A DNA stretch of 60,008 nucleotides from a virus (taxonomy: Duplodnaviria > Caudoviricetes), in the IMG/VR virus record IMGVR_UViG_3300021090_000002, positions 1 through 60,008 of that record; one strand, written 5' to 3'. The notes under the pieces are model-generated. The model was not told where the DNA came from. It saw only the letters and a list, made by a program, of their open reading frames with translations, and did no database searches. Both the position numbers and the translations under genes were made by a program. This document shows positions 1 to 9,769 of this stretch, in pieces; the stretch's first letter is position 1; every line of letters starts with the position of its first letter.

Positions 1-21
1 CGTACCTATTAGGCAAGGCGA
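1..21. repeat. Terminal overlap identical to 59988-60008 (circular contig)
   Basis: CGTACCTATTAGGCAAGGCGA at both ends; an ORF reads in frame across the join. Confidence 0.97.
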
Positions 22-794
22 TCGATACCGGATGGAATCATTCGGTCTATATGGTGACGGTTGTTCAGCCGAATGCCGATCACATTCAAGGCCGCATTCG
101 CTCTTGCGAGTACACCAAGGCCGATCTTCTCAAGTACCAAAAGCAATTGCGCGCCGGGATCAAGCGTAACGAAGATGCCGAACTCGACAGCGCTTGCCCG
201 GATCAAGGGTTCAAGACCGTTGATGAAGATTGGGCCGCGTCGTTCTTGGTCGCTGGCGATCACTGCATGTTCTGCGATGCGCAAGCGCGGTGCCCTGCCC
301 GTCAAGCGCTCGCGCAAGAGGCGGCGGGAATCGACTTCAACGATGAACCGGCGGAAATCGAATTCGAACGCAGCGAAGAGGAAATTGCGCGGATCATGCG
401 TTGGATTCCGATACTTGACCAGTTCAAGACGGCTGTTGTCGGCTACGCCCAACGCGCCCTTGAAAACGGATACGAAGTCGAAGGGCAGAAGCTTGTGCAG
501 CGCGGCGCGCATCGCAAATGGAAGAGCGAACCAACGCCGCTCACGGCGAAGGCCATCGCGAAGCGATTCAAGCTCGCCGTTGAAAAGCTCTTTGAGAAAC
601 CATCGCTCAAGAGCGGCCCGCAGATTGAGAAGATGATTCCGGCGAAGCGCCGCCAAGAGTTTTCCGACGCGTACCTCTTCAAGCCAGAAGGTGTGTTGAC
701 GATCGCCCCGGTTAGCGATCCGCGTCCGGCCGTGAACCGTAGCGCGGGCGACGACTTCGCCGACGATTTGGAAGACCCGGAGGATTTCGGATGA
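1..794 (+). CDS. DUF2800 exonuclease, 3' part
   Basis: TVVQP, GDHCMFCDAQARCP Cys cluster, GQKLVQRG..RKW, LKSGPQIEK. Confidence 0.85.
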   Translation, partial: YLLGKAIDTGWNHSVYMVTVVQPNADHIQGRIRSCEYTKADLLKYQKQLRAGIKRNEDAELDSACPDQGFKTVDEDWAASFLVAGDHCMFCDAQARCPARQALAQEAAGIDFNDEPAEIEFERSEEEIARIMRWIPILDQFKTAVVGYAQRALENGYEVEGQKLVQRGAHRKWKSEPTPLTAKAIAKRFKLAVEKLFEKPSLKSGPQIEKMIPAKRRQEFSDAYLFKPEGVLTIAPVSDPRPAVNRSAGDDFADDLEDPEDFG

Positions 795-910
795 TTCTCA
801 TGTTCGAAGGGCTGCGAATTACCGCGACATGGCCTGAGCTTGGACTCGGCGCGTTCGTCGTGTTGCTTATGCTCGCGATTGTCACTGTTACCACGTACGG
901 ACTAAGATAG
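791..910 (+). CDS. Small membrane protein (39 aa)
   Basis: GGAGG upstream, ATGA overlap, one hydrophobic segment. Confidence 0.5.
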   Translation: MILMFEGLRITATWPELGLGAFVVLLMLAIVTVTTYGLR

Positions 911-919
911 GACTCCCGA

Positions 920-1141
920 ATGCGCATCGCTACCGCCAAGATCAAAACGTTTTACATCACTGCGAAAGATGGGGATCGCACCGTTCATTTAACGGTCCGC
1001 GTCGGCCCCGGTAACGGGCTTATGAAAGACGAAGCCGACTCGATGAAGGCGACGCTTGCGGACGCATTGGTTCGCGCGCTCGACAGCAAGACGATCAAAT
1101 TCTTTCATCCATATCTTTCAAAGATCAAGGTCATCCGATGA
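920..1141 (+). CDS. Hypothetical protein
   Basis: ORF coupled to the next gene by ATGA overlap. Confidence 0.6.
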   Translation: MRIATAKIKTFYITAKDGDRTVHLTVRVGPGNGLMKDEADSMKATLADALVRALDSKTIKFFHPYLSKIKVIR

Positions 1142-1395
1142 CGGCCCCATTCGTCAAGACCAACACGCCTGATCTAGCAGCGATTGATCACGCATTGGCG
1201 CATGTCCGCGCCGAAATCCTCCGTTCGATCGATAAACACGGCTCGCCATTTCATTCGGCACATGAAGGTTTCGCGATCCTTGACGAAGAGCGTGACGAAC
1301 TTTGGGATGAAGTGAAAGCGAACGATCAATTTCGCGCACGCGAAGAGGCTATTCAGGTCGCAGCTATGGCGACGCGTTTCTTTATCGAGTGCTGA
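1138..1395 (+). CDS. MazG-like all-alpha NTP pyrophosphohydrolase
   Basis: EERDEL...EEAIQVAAMA acidic metal-binding pattern. Confidence 0.65.
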   Translation: MTAPFVKTNTPDLAAIDHALAHVRAEILRSIDKHGSPFHSAHEGFAILDEERDELWDEVKANDQFRAREEAIQVAAMATRFFIEC

Positions 1396-1418
1396 TTTTT
1401 ATAACGTGAGTAATTGCT

Positions 1419-2015
1419 ATGGCGAACAATGGTTACGCCGCGCTTGTCGCGGTGCGTGCGGACGCGTCGGGAAAAAAGCGTCGCAAGCTTGACGATTACG
1501 AAACACCGCAACCGCACACGGCCCAACTTCTCGCGCATGTGAAGTTCCAAGGTCCGACGATCACCGAACCGGCGTGTGGCGGCGGTCTTATGGTCCGCGC
1601 GCTGCGCTTCGGAACCGGCTTGAAAGTGCTTGCGTCCGATTTGAAGACTGGCGCGAACTTCCTCAAGCGTACGCAGAAGATCGCGGGCGATTGCATCACG
1701 AACCCGCCGTACGGCAACGGCAACGCCGACGCCTTCGTGACGCACGCCTTGAGCCTCACGGAAGGCCGAGTCGCGATGCTCATGGAAGCGAAGTACGTCT
1801 TCGGCTCGCGCCGCTATCAATGGCTGTTCAGCCAGACGAAGCCTGAAAAGGTCATCGTCATTCCCGAACGCATTTACTTCCTTGTCGCCGGGAAGCCGCT
1901 CAAGTCGCAATTCTTCAATCACATCTGGATCGTCTGGCCTGATCGCAAGACCCGACTCAAAGGCGGCTACGCCTGCGAAACGATTTGGGCCGAACCATCG
2001 GGGGATTCGATATGA
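1419..2015 (+). CDS. DNA N6-adenine (or N4-cytosine) methyltransferase
   Basis: YETP, EPACGGG SAM motif, TNPPY catalytic motif. Confidence 0.85.
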   Translation: MANNGYAALVAVRADASGKKRRKLDDYETPQPHTAQLLAHVKFQGPTITEPACGGGLMVRALRFGTGLKVLASDLKTGANFLKRTQKIAGDCITNPPYGNGNADAFVTHALSLTEGRVAMLMEAKYVFGSRRYQWLFSQTKPEKVIVIPERIYFLVAGKPLKSQFFNHIWIVWPDRKTRLKGGYACETIWAEPSGDSI

Positions 2016-2383
2016 ACAACCTTGAAGCGTCGTTAAACACCATCGTTCGGGAATCGCAACGGCGGTCTAAACGTTTCGCTATTTACTACATCGCCGCCCT
2101 TGCGGTGATTCTGCTTGTGTTCATCGCTGGTCTTCGACTCGCATCCGCCCATGATTGGTACGATCGCGATTGCTGTCACAACGAAGACTGCGGCCCTGTG
2201 CCGACTGAGGAAGTCGAAGAGCTTTCGGACGGCGATTGGAAACACATTCCAACCGGAGCGGTATTCAAAAAGAGCGAAGGCCGCGTTCGTCCTAGCCATG
2301 ACAATCACTTTCACGTCTGCATAGGCAACGCCGAACACAACAAAGGGCGCGCGTACTGCATTTATATTTTGCAGGGGACGTGA
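2012..2383 (+). CDS. Exported Cys/His-rich protein
   Basis: Signal/TM segment ending ASA, then HDWYDRDCCHNEDC and HVC...YC. Confidence 0.65.
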   Translation: MNNLEASLNTIVRESQRRSKRFAIYYIAALAVILLVFIAGLRLASAHDWYDRDCCHNEDCGPVPTEEVEELSDGDWKHIPTGAVFKKSEGRVRPSHDNHFHVCIGNAEHNKGRAYCIYILQGT

Positions 2384-2386
2384 GCC

Positions 2387-2641
2387 ATGATCGCTCTTTC
2401 AAAGATTGAGTGCGAAGGCATTTACGACGCGGCGCGAACCATCTTCAAGAATGATCTTCACGCTCACAGCGTGCCGGAAGCGATTCTTTCAGGCAACGCT
2501 AAGCGGATCGTCATCACGCAATCGATGTGGAAAGCGCTCGCGATCATGGACGTTTGCGAAACGATCATCGGTACGCAACTCGACAACCCGCGTCGTGAAT
2601 TCGACATTTCAAAACAGCGTGCCAAACACCCGCGCCGCTGA
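2387..2641 (+). CDS. Hypothetical protein
   Basis: ORF in operon with SD-like GGGGA. Confidence 0.55.
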   Translation: MIALSKIECEGIYDAARTIFKNDLHAHSVPEAILSGNAKRIVITQSMWKALAIMDVCETIIGTQLDNPRREFDISKQRAKHPRR

Positions 2642-2662
2642 TTTTCAAACGGAGTCATTGTC

Positions 2663-3190
2663 ATGCGTACGCGGCTCGATTGGGTCAAATACCACGCCGA
2701 TTTTTTCACCTTCCCGACTCTCGTTTCCGTCGTGCTGTATTGGCAAAGCGCGTTCATCGCGTCACACCCGATCGTCGCCGCGCTCGCGTTCGTCTGGGGT
2801 TTCGTCTTTTGGACGTTTGCCGAATATTGGATTCATCGCGTCGCGCTGCACGGCATGTTTTGGCACGGCACGCACGAACAGCATCACAAGAACCCAAGCG
2901 AGCATGTCCTGTTTCCGCTTTGGTATGTGCCCGGCAGCTTCGTCGCGATCTTCGGCGCGTTCTATCTGTTGAGCCTGATACACATCGCGGCGTTCGTCGC
3001 GTTTGCGGGCTTTGCGGCCGGATACGTTTGGTTCACGAACATGCACCATCTGCTGCACCATATCGATTTGGTGCCTCAGACATGGTTGCACCGCTTCGCG
3101 ATCTGGCACAACCGCCATCACCGTTTGAACGATCGCAATTACGGGATCACAACTAACGTCTGGGATCGCCTGTTCGGCACGTCGCGTTGA
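2663..3190 (+). CDS. Fatty acid hydroxylase / sterol desaturase family di-iron membrane enzyme
   Basis: EYWIHRVALH, HEQHH, HHLLHH and HNRHH boxes, NYG...WDRLFGT terminus, several TM helices. Confidence 0.9.
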   Translation: MRTRLDWVKYHADFFTFPTLVSVVLYWQSAFIASHPIVAALAFVWGFVFWTFAEYWIHRVALHGMFWHGTHEQHHKNPSEHVLFPLWYVPGSFVAIFGAFYLLSLIHIAAFVAFAGFAAGYVWFTNMHHLLHHIDLVPQTWLHRFAIWHNRHHRLNDRNYGITTNVWDRLFGTSR

Positions 3191-3227
3191 AACGTTAGTT
3201 GATCCGCGCGCCGTTTGTTTTCATTTT
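3188..3227 (+). promoter_or_regulatory. Motif promoter for ssb
   Basis: TGAAACGTTAGTTGA; TTGATC-N17-CATTTT. Confidence 0.65.
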
Positions 3228-3278
3228 CGCGGCAGACAGTTTCAAAACCACCATATTTGATATTGGAGATTTGATATC

Positions 3279-3977
3279 ATGGCTACCATCACGAAACCAA
3301 AGCGCGAGTCCAAAAAGTTCACGACTCCCGTCTTCCGCGCATCGTTCCCCAACATCGCCGAAGCTCGCGAACCCGATGACGGCGGCAAGGCCAAATTCGG
3401 CGTTTCCGCGATCTGGACTCCATCGAAGTTCACGGACGGCGAGAAGACGCAATATCGCGCGATCCTCGCCGAACTCGACGCCGTGTCGCTTCGGGACTTC
3501 AAAAAGAATTGGAAGAAACTTCCGGACAACATCAAGCGCGGCTTGCGCGACGGCGCGGCGAAGGAACAGGAAGGCTACGGCGAGGGTACACGCTTCGCCA
3601 ACTTGACGACGCACAACCGGCCCGGCGTCGTCACCACGAAGCGACGGCTCAACAAGAAAACCGGCAAGCAGGAATGGGTTCCGATTCCCGAAGACAAGAT
3701 CGCTTCGGAGATTTATCCCGGCTGCTACTGCCGTGCGACCGTCAATGTCTATTCATACGGCCTCAAGGCGGGCAGCAAGGGCAAGGGCGTCGCGATCGGC
3801 CTGATCAACATTCAGAAGGTCAAGGACGGTGCGCGCCTCGACAACCGCGTCAATGCCGAAGACGACTTTGACGAAGAGTTGGACGCCGCTTGGATGGACG
3901 AAGCGGACGGGAACGAAGACTTTGACGACTTCGACGGCGACGACGCCGACGACGGCGACGAAGACGAAGCCTTTTGA
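3279..3977 (+). CDS. ssDNA-binding protein (DUF2815 / T7 gp2.5-like)
   Basis: RASFPNI, LRDG, IYPGCY.RA.V, GVAIGL.NIQKVKDG, acidic tail ending in F. Confidence 0.9.
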   Translation: MATITKPKRESKKFTTPVFRASFPNIAEAREPDDGGKAKFGVSAIWTPSKFTDGEKTQYRAILAELDAVSLRDFKKNWKKLPDNIKRGLRDGAAKEQEGYGEGTRFANLTTHNRPGVVTTKRRLNKKTGKQEWVPIPEDKIASEIYPGCYCRATVNVYSYGLKAGSKGKGVAIGLINIQKVKDGARLDNRVNAEDDFDEELDAAWMDEADGNEDFDDFDGDDADDGDEDEAF

Positions 3978-3983
3978 TCGTTC

Positions 3984-4011
3984 GGCCCGGCGCGATCATC
4001 GCGCCGGGGCC
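3984..4011 (+). other. GC-rich hairpin after ssb (mRNA stabiliser or attenuator)
   Basis: CCCGGCGCGAT-C-ATCGCGCCGGG, no U tract. Confidence 0.55.
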
Positions 4012-4030
4012 ACCACGAAAGAACTTCCCC

Positions 4031-4252
4031 ATGTACCATTTGATTCTCGTTATGCTTTTAGCGGGCGGCGAGCCGCAATTTTTGCAGCATCCGCAAAACC
4101 CGTTTCCCGACAAGACGGCGTGCGAAGCCGCAAGCGCGTCGGAAACAAAACGGCTGATCGATCGTGGCGCTGCCCATAGCATGACGCGCCCCGAAAATTT
4201 CGATTTCACTCTGACGTGCGTTCCGCTTCCGCTCGCGGGCGCTTCGATCTGA
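4031..4252 (+). CDS. Small exported protein
   Basis: Hydrophobic N-terminus, F.DK.ACE and C-terminal CVP. Confidence 0.55.
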   Translation: MYHLILVMLLAGGEPQFLQHPQNPFPDKTACEAASASETKRLIDRGAAHSMTRPENFDFTLTCVPLPLAGASI

Positions 4253-4256
4253 AGTC

Positions 4257-6599
4257 ATGTCCGATCGCCGATCGCGGCAACCATACACTATCAAGCTCAA
4301 GCCGCTACGCGATCGGCTCGAACGCGCCACGGTTGACTTCGAGTCGCGGTCCGCCTGCGATCTGAAACGCCGGGGCGCGTGGCTTTACAGCAAGGATGAT
4401 TCGACCGAAATTCTGTGCCTTGCGTGGAAAATCCCCGGCATGCGCGAGCCGAAGCTATGGCACCGCGCACACCCTGATATCGGCATCGAAGAGTCCGAAC
4501 CGCCTTGGGCGCTGTTCCGCTGGATCGATAGCGGCGGGCTAGTCGAAGCTCATAACGCTTTCTTTGAAATGTGCATATGGGCCAACATCGCCGTTCCGGT
4601 GCATGGATGGCCCGTCATAGCCGAAGAGCAATGGCGCTGTTCGGCCGCGAAGGCAGCGGCGCATGCCCTGCCCCGCGATTTGAAGGGCGCTACGGACGCC
4701 CTTGAACTGCCCGTCCGCAAGGACGAACGCGGCAAAGCCTTGCTGAACAAGTACAGCAAGCCGAAGCGGCTCACAAAGAACGAAAAAGACCTTTGGGGTG
4801 ACGACGAAATCATTTTCAACGAAGACGTTGAGGGCCTTCGCGATCTTTGGGAATACTGCCGCCAAGACGTGCGCGCCGAAGAGCGGCTATCGGAAACCAT
4901 CGCCGATCTATCGCCAACGGAATTAAAGGTTTGGCAGATCACGAATCGGATGAACTTCCGGGGCGTGCTGATCGATATCGATCTGGCACGATCCGCGCTC
5001 GCGCTCGCCTCCAAGGCCAAGGCAAAGGCGAACGCCGAATTCTTCAAGCTGACCGGGATCAAGAGCGCGACACAACGCGCCGTCGTCAAGGCATGGCTCG
5101 CGGCCAATGAGGCGCTAGAGCTTCCGGACACCAAAGCTAAGACGCTGGAATTCTATCTTGATCGCAACCCGGTCAAGCTTTCGAAGCGCGCCCGGCGTGT
5201 TCTTGAAATCGTCAAGAACGTCAACCGTACTTCGACCAACAAATTTAAGCGGATGCTCGAATGCGTTGATGATGACGGCCGCGCCCGTGAGTTATTGGCG
5301 TATCACAGCGCCCATACCGGACGTTGGGCCGGTCGCGGCATTCAGGTTCAAAATCTCCCGAAGGGGAATTTCGCCAAGTATCTGCCGAAAGCGACGGCGA
5401 TGGATATCGCGTGCGAGGATGTGAAGTCGCAAGACCTTGCATGGTGCGAATCCATTCACGGCGACGTTATGAATATGATTGCGTCGTGTCTTCGCGGCGC
5501 AATCATCGCCCCGCCCGGCAAAGACCTGTTGATTGCGGACTATGCCGCGATTGAAGCGCGGGTTGTGCTTTGGGCGGCGGGCGCAACGAAAGCGCTCGAA
5601 GTCTTCAAAGGCGGCGGCGATATCTATTGCGACATGGCGTCCGGAATCTACGGATATCAGATCGTAAAGGATGAACGGGCGCTTGCGCTGAATCCCGGCG
5701 CAAAGATTGCGGCTGTCATTAATGCTATGGGCTCGACCCAAAGAGATTTTGGCAAAGTCGCGATTCTGGGATTGGGCTTTGGGATGGGATTCCTAAAGTT
5801 CCTGATCACTCTGCGGACGTATAAAATCTATCTGACGCGCGCCGAAGTGTTGCAGATGATGGGGCCGAAGCGCTTCAAGAAATACATAGCCGTTGTGCGG
5901 CGCAAGCTCTTCCCGACGCTCGAAGACTTGAAGGGCGACGAAAAACGACTGAAAGCCGCAGAGCGTGAGGCGCGGATTGGGCGTCGCATGCTCGCGGACG
6001 AACAGGAAGACCCGGCGAAAGTCCTGCATGAACTCGCGTTGTGCAAGTACACGGTTGACACCTATCGCCGCCGGTATCCTGAAGTCCCGCAGCAGATGTG
6101 GAAAGCACAAGAGACGGCGGCGATCAAGGCCGTCCGCACAGGCAAGGCCGTACGCTGTGGCGTTGTCGTCTGGAAGGTTGTCGGTCGCTTCCTCAAGTGT
6201 CGCTTGCCATCCGGCCGTTGCCTGCATTACGCGAATCCTGAAATCAAATTCGCCAAAACGTCATGGGGCGAGTCGCGGCCTTCGCTACGCTTCATGGGGC
6301 GTAATCAGAAAACAGGCCGCTGGCAACGCCAAGCCACATATGGGGGCCGCGTCACAGAAAATATCGTTCAAGCGATTGCTCGCGATATTATGGCTTTTGC
6401 GAAATGCACGCTCGAAGAGGCGTACGCCCTCGCCTATCTGCTTTTGCTTTCGGTGCATGACGAACTGATTACCGAAGTCGATTCAGATACGGGAAGCCCT
6501 GAAGAGCTTGAATTCGTCATGTCCGACTTGCCGCCTTGTTACGACGGTTGCCCCATCACGGCGGAAGGTCGCCGACTTCGCAGATATAGGAAGATATAG
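4257..6599 (+). CDS. Family A DNA polymerase with 3'-5' exonuclease
   Basis: DFESRS and AHNAFFE (exo), HTGRWAG..Q.QNLP, DYAAIEAR (motif A), RDFGKVAILGLGFG (B), VHDE (C). Confidence 0.95.
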   Translation: MSDRRSRQPYTIKLKPLRDRLERATVDFESRSACDLKRRGAWLYSKDDSTEILCLAWKIPGMREPKLWHRAHPDIGIEESEPPWALFRWIDSGGLVEAHNAFFEMCIWANIAVPVHGWPVIAEEQWRCSAAKAAAHALPRDLKGATDALELPVRKDERGKALLNKYSKPKRLTKNEKDLWGDDEIIFNEDVEGLRDLWEYCRQDVRAEERLSETIADLSPTELKVWQITNRMNFRGVLIDIDLARSALALASKAKAKANAEFFKLTGIKSATQRAVVKAWLAANEALELPDTKAKTLEFYLDRNPVKLSKRARRVLEIVKNVNRTSTNKFKRMLECVDDDGRARELLAYHSAHTGRWAGRGIQVQNLPKGNFAKYLPKATAMDIACEDVKSQDLAWCESIHGDVMNMIASCLRGAIIAPPGKDLLIADYAAIEARVVLWAAGATKALEVFKGGGDIYCDMASGIYGYQIVKDERALALNPGAKIAAVINAMGSTQRDFGKVAILGLGFGMGFLKFLITLRTYKIYLTRAEVLQMMGPKRFKKYIAVVRRKLFPTLEDLKGDEKRLKAAEREARIGRRMLADEQEDPAKVLHELALCKYTVDTYRRRYPEVPQQMWKAQETAAIKAVRTGKAVRCGVVVWKVVGRFLKCRLPSGRCLHYANPEIKFAKTSWGESRPSLRFMGRNQKTGRWQRQATYGGRVTENIVQAIARDIMAFAKCTLEEAYALAYLLLLSVHDELITEVDSDTGSPEELEFVMSDLPPCYDGCPITAEGRRLRRYRKI

Positions 6600-6610
6600 G
6601 AAGTAGAATC

Positions 6611-7003
6611 ATGCTCGCGCTCGCGTTAACCGATGGCGACGCACAAGCCTTTGAAGAGGCGATCGGCGTTCGTCGCGTCTATCTCAACGAAGACTGTTCG
6701 GTTTGGTGCATTGTTGACGCCATCGATTACGAATGGGCAACCCGATGGCGTTGGCACTATGTCTATGATCGGCACGGCCGTAAACGATACGCCGCGCGCA
6801 ACACGCGGCGGCGCGGCGAGTCCCCGAAGCAAATCAAAGTCTTCATGCATAAGGATATCTTGCTGCGATCCGGCAAGCCACAACCGACGACGGCGCACCA
6901 TATCGGCGATCACGACGACGGCGACAGCCTGAACAACCGGCGCGGCAACCTTGATTGGGCGACGCCCGCGATGAACCGCGCGAGCGCGAGGGCGCGGCAA
7001 TGA
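6611..7003 (+). CDS. HNH endonuclease
   Basis: FMHK...DHDDGDSLNNRRGNL..AT...N. Confidence 0.85.
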   Translation: MLALALTDGDAQAFEEAIGVRRVYLNEDCSVWCIVDAIDYEWATRWRWHYVYDRHGRKRYAARNTRRRGESPKQIKVFMHKDILLRSGKPQPTTAHHIGDHDDGDSLNNRRGNLDWATPAMNRASARARQ

Positions 7004-7467
7004 TCATCACGGCAACCGGACATCGCCCCGACAAGTTAGGCGGCTACACCCTTGAGATACGCGAACGCCTGCGAACGACCGCGCGCGAATACCTTGCGTT
7101 TGAAGATGTTTCCCGTTGCGTCGTAGGCATGGCGCAAGGATGGGATCAAGCCTTTGCGTATGCGTGCTTTGACCTTGGCATCCCGTTTACGGCGGCCATT
7201 CCGTTCGTCGGTCAAGAGCGTGTTTGGCCCAAGGAATCACGTTGGCAATACCATCAACTTATAGACCGGGCGCAACACGTCGAAATCGTATCGCCGGGCG
7301 GCTACTCCCCCGACAAGATGCAAGTCCGTAATGAATGGATGGTTGATAACGCTGACAAGATCGCCGCGCTTTGGGACGGCACGAAGGGCGGCACGGCCAA
7401 CTGCCTTCAATACGCCCGCACGCTCCGCAAGCCAATAAACAATCTTTGGCGGGATTTCGCGCCATGA
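7000..7467 (+). CDS. YspA/DUF1273-type SLOG protein
   Basis: TGHRP, GMAQGWD, AAIPF.GQ, RNEWMVD, GGTANC. Confidence 0.85.
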   Translation: MIITATGHRPDKLGGYTLEIRERLRTTAREYLAFEDVSRCVVGMAQGWDQAFAYACFDLGIPFTAAIPFVGQERVWPKESRWQYHQLIDRAQHVEIVSPGGYSPDKMQVRNEWMVDNADKIAALWDGTKGGTANCLQYARTLRKPINNLWRDFAP

Positions 7468-8981
7468 GATACACGGCCGAACTCATAGGCGCGAACTTCA
7501 AGACGCCGCCGTACGAACATCAACTTCGCGAGTTTGAAGAGCATGCCGAAGCGCCCGCGCGGGCTTTGGCGTGGTCGATGCGCACAGGTAAGAGTAAATC
7601 CTGCATCGATCGGGCATGCCATCTATACCAACGCGGTCTGATCGACGCCGTTCTGATCTTCGCGCCGAATGGCGTGCATCACAATTGGATCGCGAAGGAA
7701 TTCCCCGCGCACGCATGGGACGGCGTTCCGCTTGAATGTCTGGTCTGGCGATCCGCTGACAACAGCAAACGCGCGGCGAACAAAATCACATGGAATCGTC
7801 ATATCGCTTGGGAAGAGCAGCGGGAAGCGTGGTATGCGCGCCTAAAGCTCATGCGCAAATCGCGCAAACTTTTCGTGTTGTCTGTGAATACCGAAAGCAT
7901 GACTCGCAAAGACGTTCGCGCCGTTGTCGCGCGCTTCATCAAACATCGCCGCGTCTTGGTTGTCTTCGATGAATCGGACGATTGGGGTACGCCGGGTTCT
8001 AAACGAACCAAGATGGCTCGCGCGCTCGCGCGCAAGTGTCCTTTCCGAATCATCATGTCCGGGACAATCATCGGCTCTTCGCCGCTCGCCGCGTTCTCGC
8101 AATACGAACTGTTGAAGCCCGGTGCGCTTGGCTTCGAGAAGTACGCACCTTTCAAGGACCATATCGCGATCACTGAAGACGCCTATTTCGGCAACCGCAA
8201 GTTTCCGAAGATTATCGGCTTCAAGAACGAAGACGATTTGCGCGAGCGTATGGCGAAATGGACTAGCGTCGTTCTGCGTGATGATTGTCACGACATGCCC
8301 GATTTGATTCCGGGCGTTGTCAACATCGTTCCGACAGAAGAGCAATTTGCAGCGTATCGCGATCTGCACGAAGATTTCATCTTGTCGCTTGGCGATCAAA
8401 CGGTGTCAGTCGGCGAGCGTGCGCAGCGCTTCGGCAAGATGCAGCAAGTCTTTTCCGGCTTCGTGATTGACGAACGCAAAAAGGTTCGATTCATCCCCGG
8501 CGAAAATCCGCGACTCGATGCGTTGAGCGAACACGTTTATGCAGCGCCGGGTAAGGTGATTATCTGGTGCCAGTTTCAAGCCGACATAGATTTGGTGAAA
8601 GCCAGAATGTTAGCTGACGGTGTGAAATTCGTTGAATACCATGGGCGTGTGTCCAATGAGAGTAAGCTAAAGTCTCTACGCACCTTTGCAGAAAACAGAG
8701 AGTACAAAGCACTCATTGGACACGTTCAATCCGGCGGGCGCGGCGTCGATATGTCGGCCGCGTCGCACATCTTCAACTACTCGCATACGCAGAAAGCGCG
8801 CATGCGATTGCAAGCGCTAGAGCGCGCGACGGCAATCGGCGGCAAGAATATTCACTATTTCGATTTCATCGCGCCCGGTCCTGATCGGGCAATTCTGACG
8901 CGCACCAATTCGCGCATTGACATTGCAGACATCATCGCAGGCCGGGGTTTGCGAGATTTTTTGAGAGAGTTGGCAGTGTGA
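7464..8981 (+). CDS. SNF2-family helicase
   Basis: PYEHQ, MRTGKS Walker A, DESD, MSGT, GGRGVDM, QALER. Confidence 0.9.
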   Translation: MRYTAELIGANFKTPPYEHQLREFEEHAEAPARALAWSMRTGKSKSCIDRACHLYQRGLIDAVLIFAPNGVHHNWIAKEFPAHAWDGVPLECLVWRSADNSKRAANKITWNRHIAWEEQREAWYARLKLMRKSRKLFVLSVNTESMTRKDVRAVVARFIKHRRVLVVFDESDDWGTPGSKRTKMARALARKCPFRIIMSGTIIGSSPLAAFSQYELLKPGALGFEKYAPFKDHIAITEDAYFGNRKFPKIIGFKNEDDLRERMAKWTSVVLRDDCHDMPDLIPGVVNIVPTEEQFAAYRDLHEDFILSLGDQTVSVGERAQRFGKMQQVFSGFVIDERKKVRFIPGENPRLDALSEHVYAAPGKVIIWCQFQADIDLVKARMLADGVKFVEYHGRVSNESKLKSLRTFAENREYKALIGHVQSGGRGVDMSAASHIFNYSHTQKARMRLQALERATAIGGKNIHYFDFIAPGPDRAILTRTNSRIDIADIIAGRGLRDFLRELAV

Positions 8982-9430
8982 AAATAACGCAAGCCAAAGT
9001 GCGACGGCTATTCGATTATCGCGACGGGAACCTGATTTGGAAGGTTTCGCGCGGTCGCGCCGTCGCCGGAGCAATAGCGGGGAGTCTGAATCCCGGTAGC
9101 GACGGCTACGTTAGAGTCATGATTGATCGCCTAAGCTATAGAGCACACCGGCTGATCTATCTTTGGCATCACGGTCATTGTCCGCCGTTGGTGGATCATA
9201 AAGACACGAACCGCAGCAATAACCGGATCGAAAACCTTCGCCCGCGAACCAACAAACAGAATTGTCGAAACCGGGCGGGTGCAAATATTTCTAACGTTTC
9301 TACGGGCTTGCGCAATATCCATCGCAAGAAAGATCGTTATCACGTCAATGTTTTTGCTCGCTATCGAGGGTCATTTATCAACCTGTGTGACGCCTTGAAA
9401 TGCGCAAAGGAGTTGCGTCATGCCGTCTAG
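8978..9430 (+). CDS. HNH homing endonuclease
   Basis: YRAHRLIY, VDHKDTNRSNNRIENLR...N. Confidence 0.9.
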   Translation: MKITQAKVRRLFDYRDGNLIWKVSRGRAVAGAIAGSLNPGSDGYVRVMIDRLSYRAHRLIYLWHHGHCPPLVDHKDTNRSNNRIENLRPRTNKQNCRNRAGANISNVSTGLRNIHRKKDRYHVNVFARYRGSFINLCDALKCAKELRHAV

Positions 9431-9767
9431 AGTCTTTGTCGTTCAACAACCGGCTTACTTTAGCCGGGAGAAGCGCGAATTCGTCGCGAAGTACGATCTT
9501 TCCCCCGCCTCGATACACGGCAAGCTGATTTATCTGCTTGGCCCCGGCAACATCTTCAAGAACCGGATTGAGCAAGCGACGCGGCAAATTCGCGACGTGA
9601 TGGCGCAACATGATTTTGCGGAAGATGATTTCATTCTCGCGATCGGCGATCCGGTCGCCATCGCAGCGGCGGCGATGATCGCAGGCAACCGGACGAACGG
9701 CCGCATTCGAATATTGAAATGGGACCGCATCACCAACGGTTACGAACCTTTTGACGTTGGCGTGTGA
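9420..9767 (+). CDS. Conserved phage hypothetical protein
   Basis: DDFILAIGDP..., LKWDR pattern; overlaps neighbours. Confidence 0.65.
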   Translation: MPSRVFVVQQPAYFSREKREFVAKYDLSPASIHGKLIYLLGPGNIFKNRIEQATRQIRDVMAQHDFAEDDFILAIGDPVAIAAAAMIAGNRTNGRIRILKWDRITNGYEPFDVGV

Positions 9768-9769
9768 CC

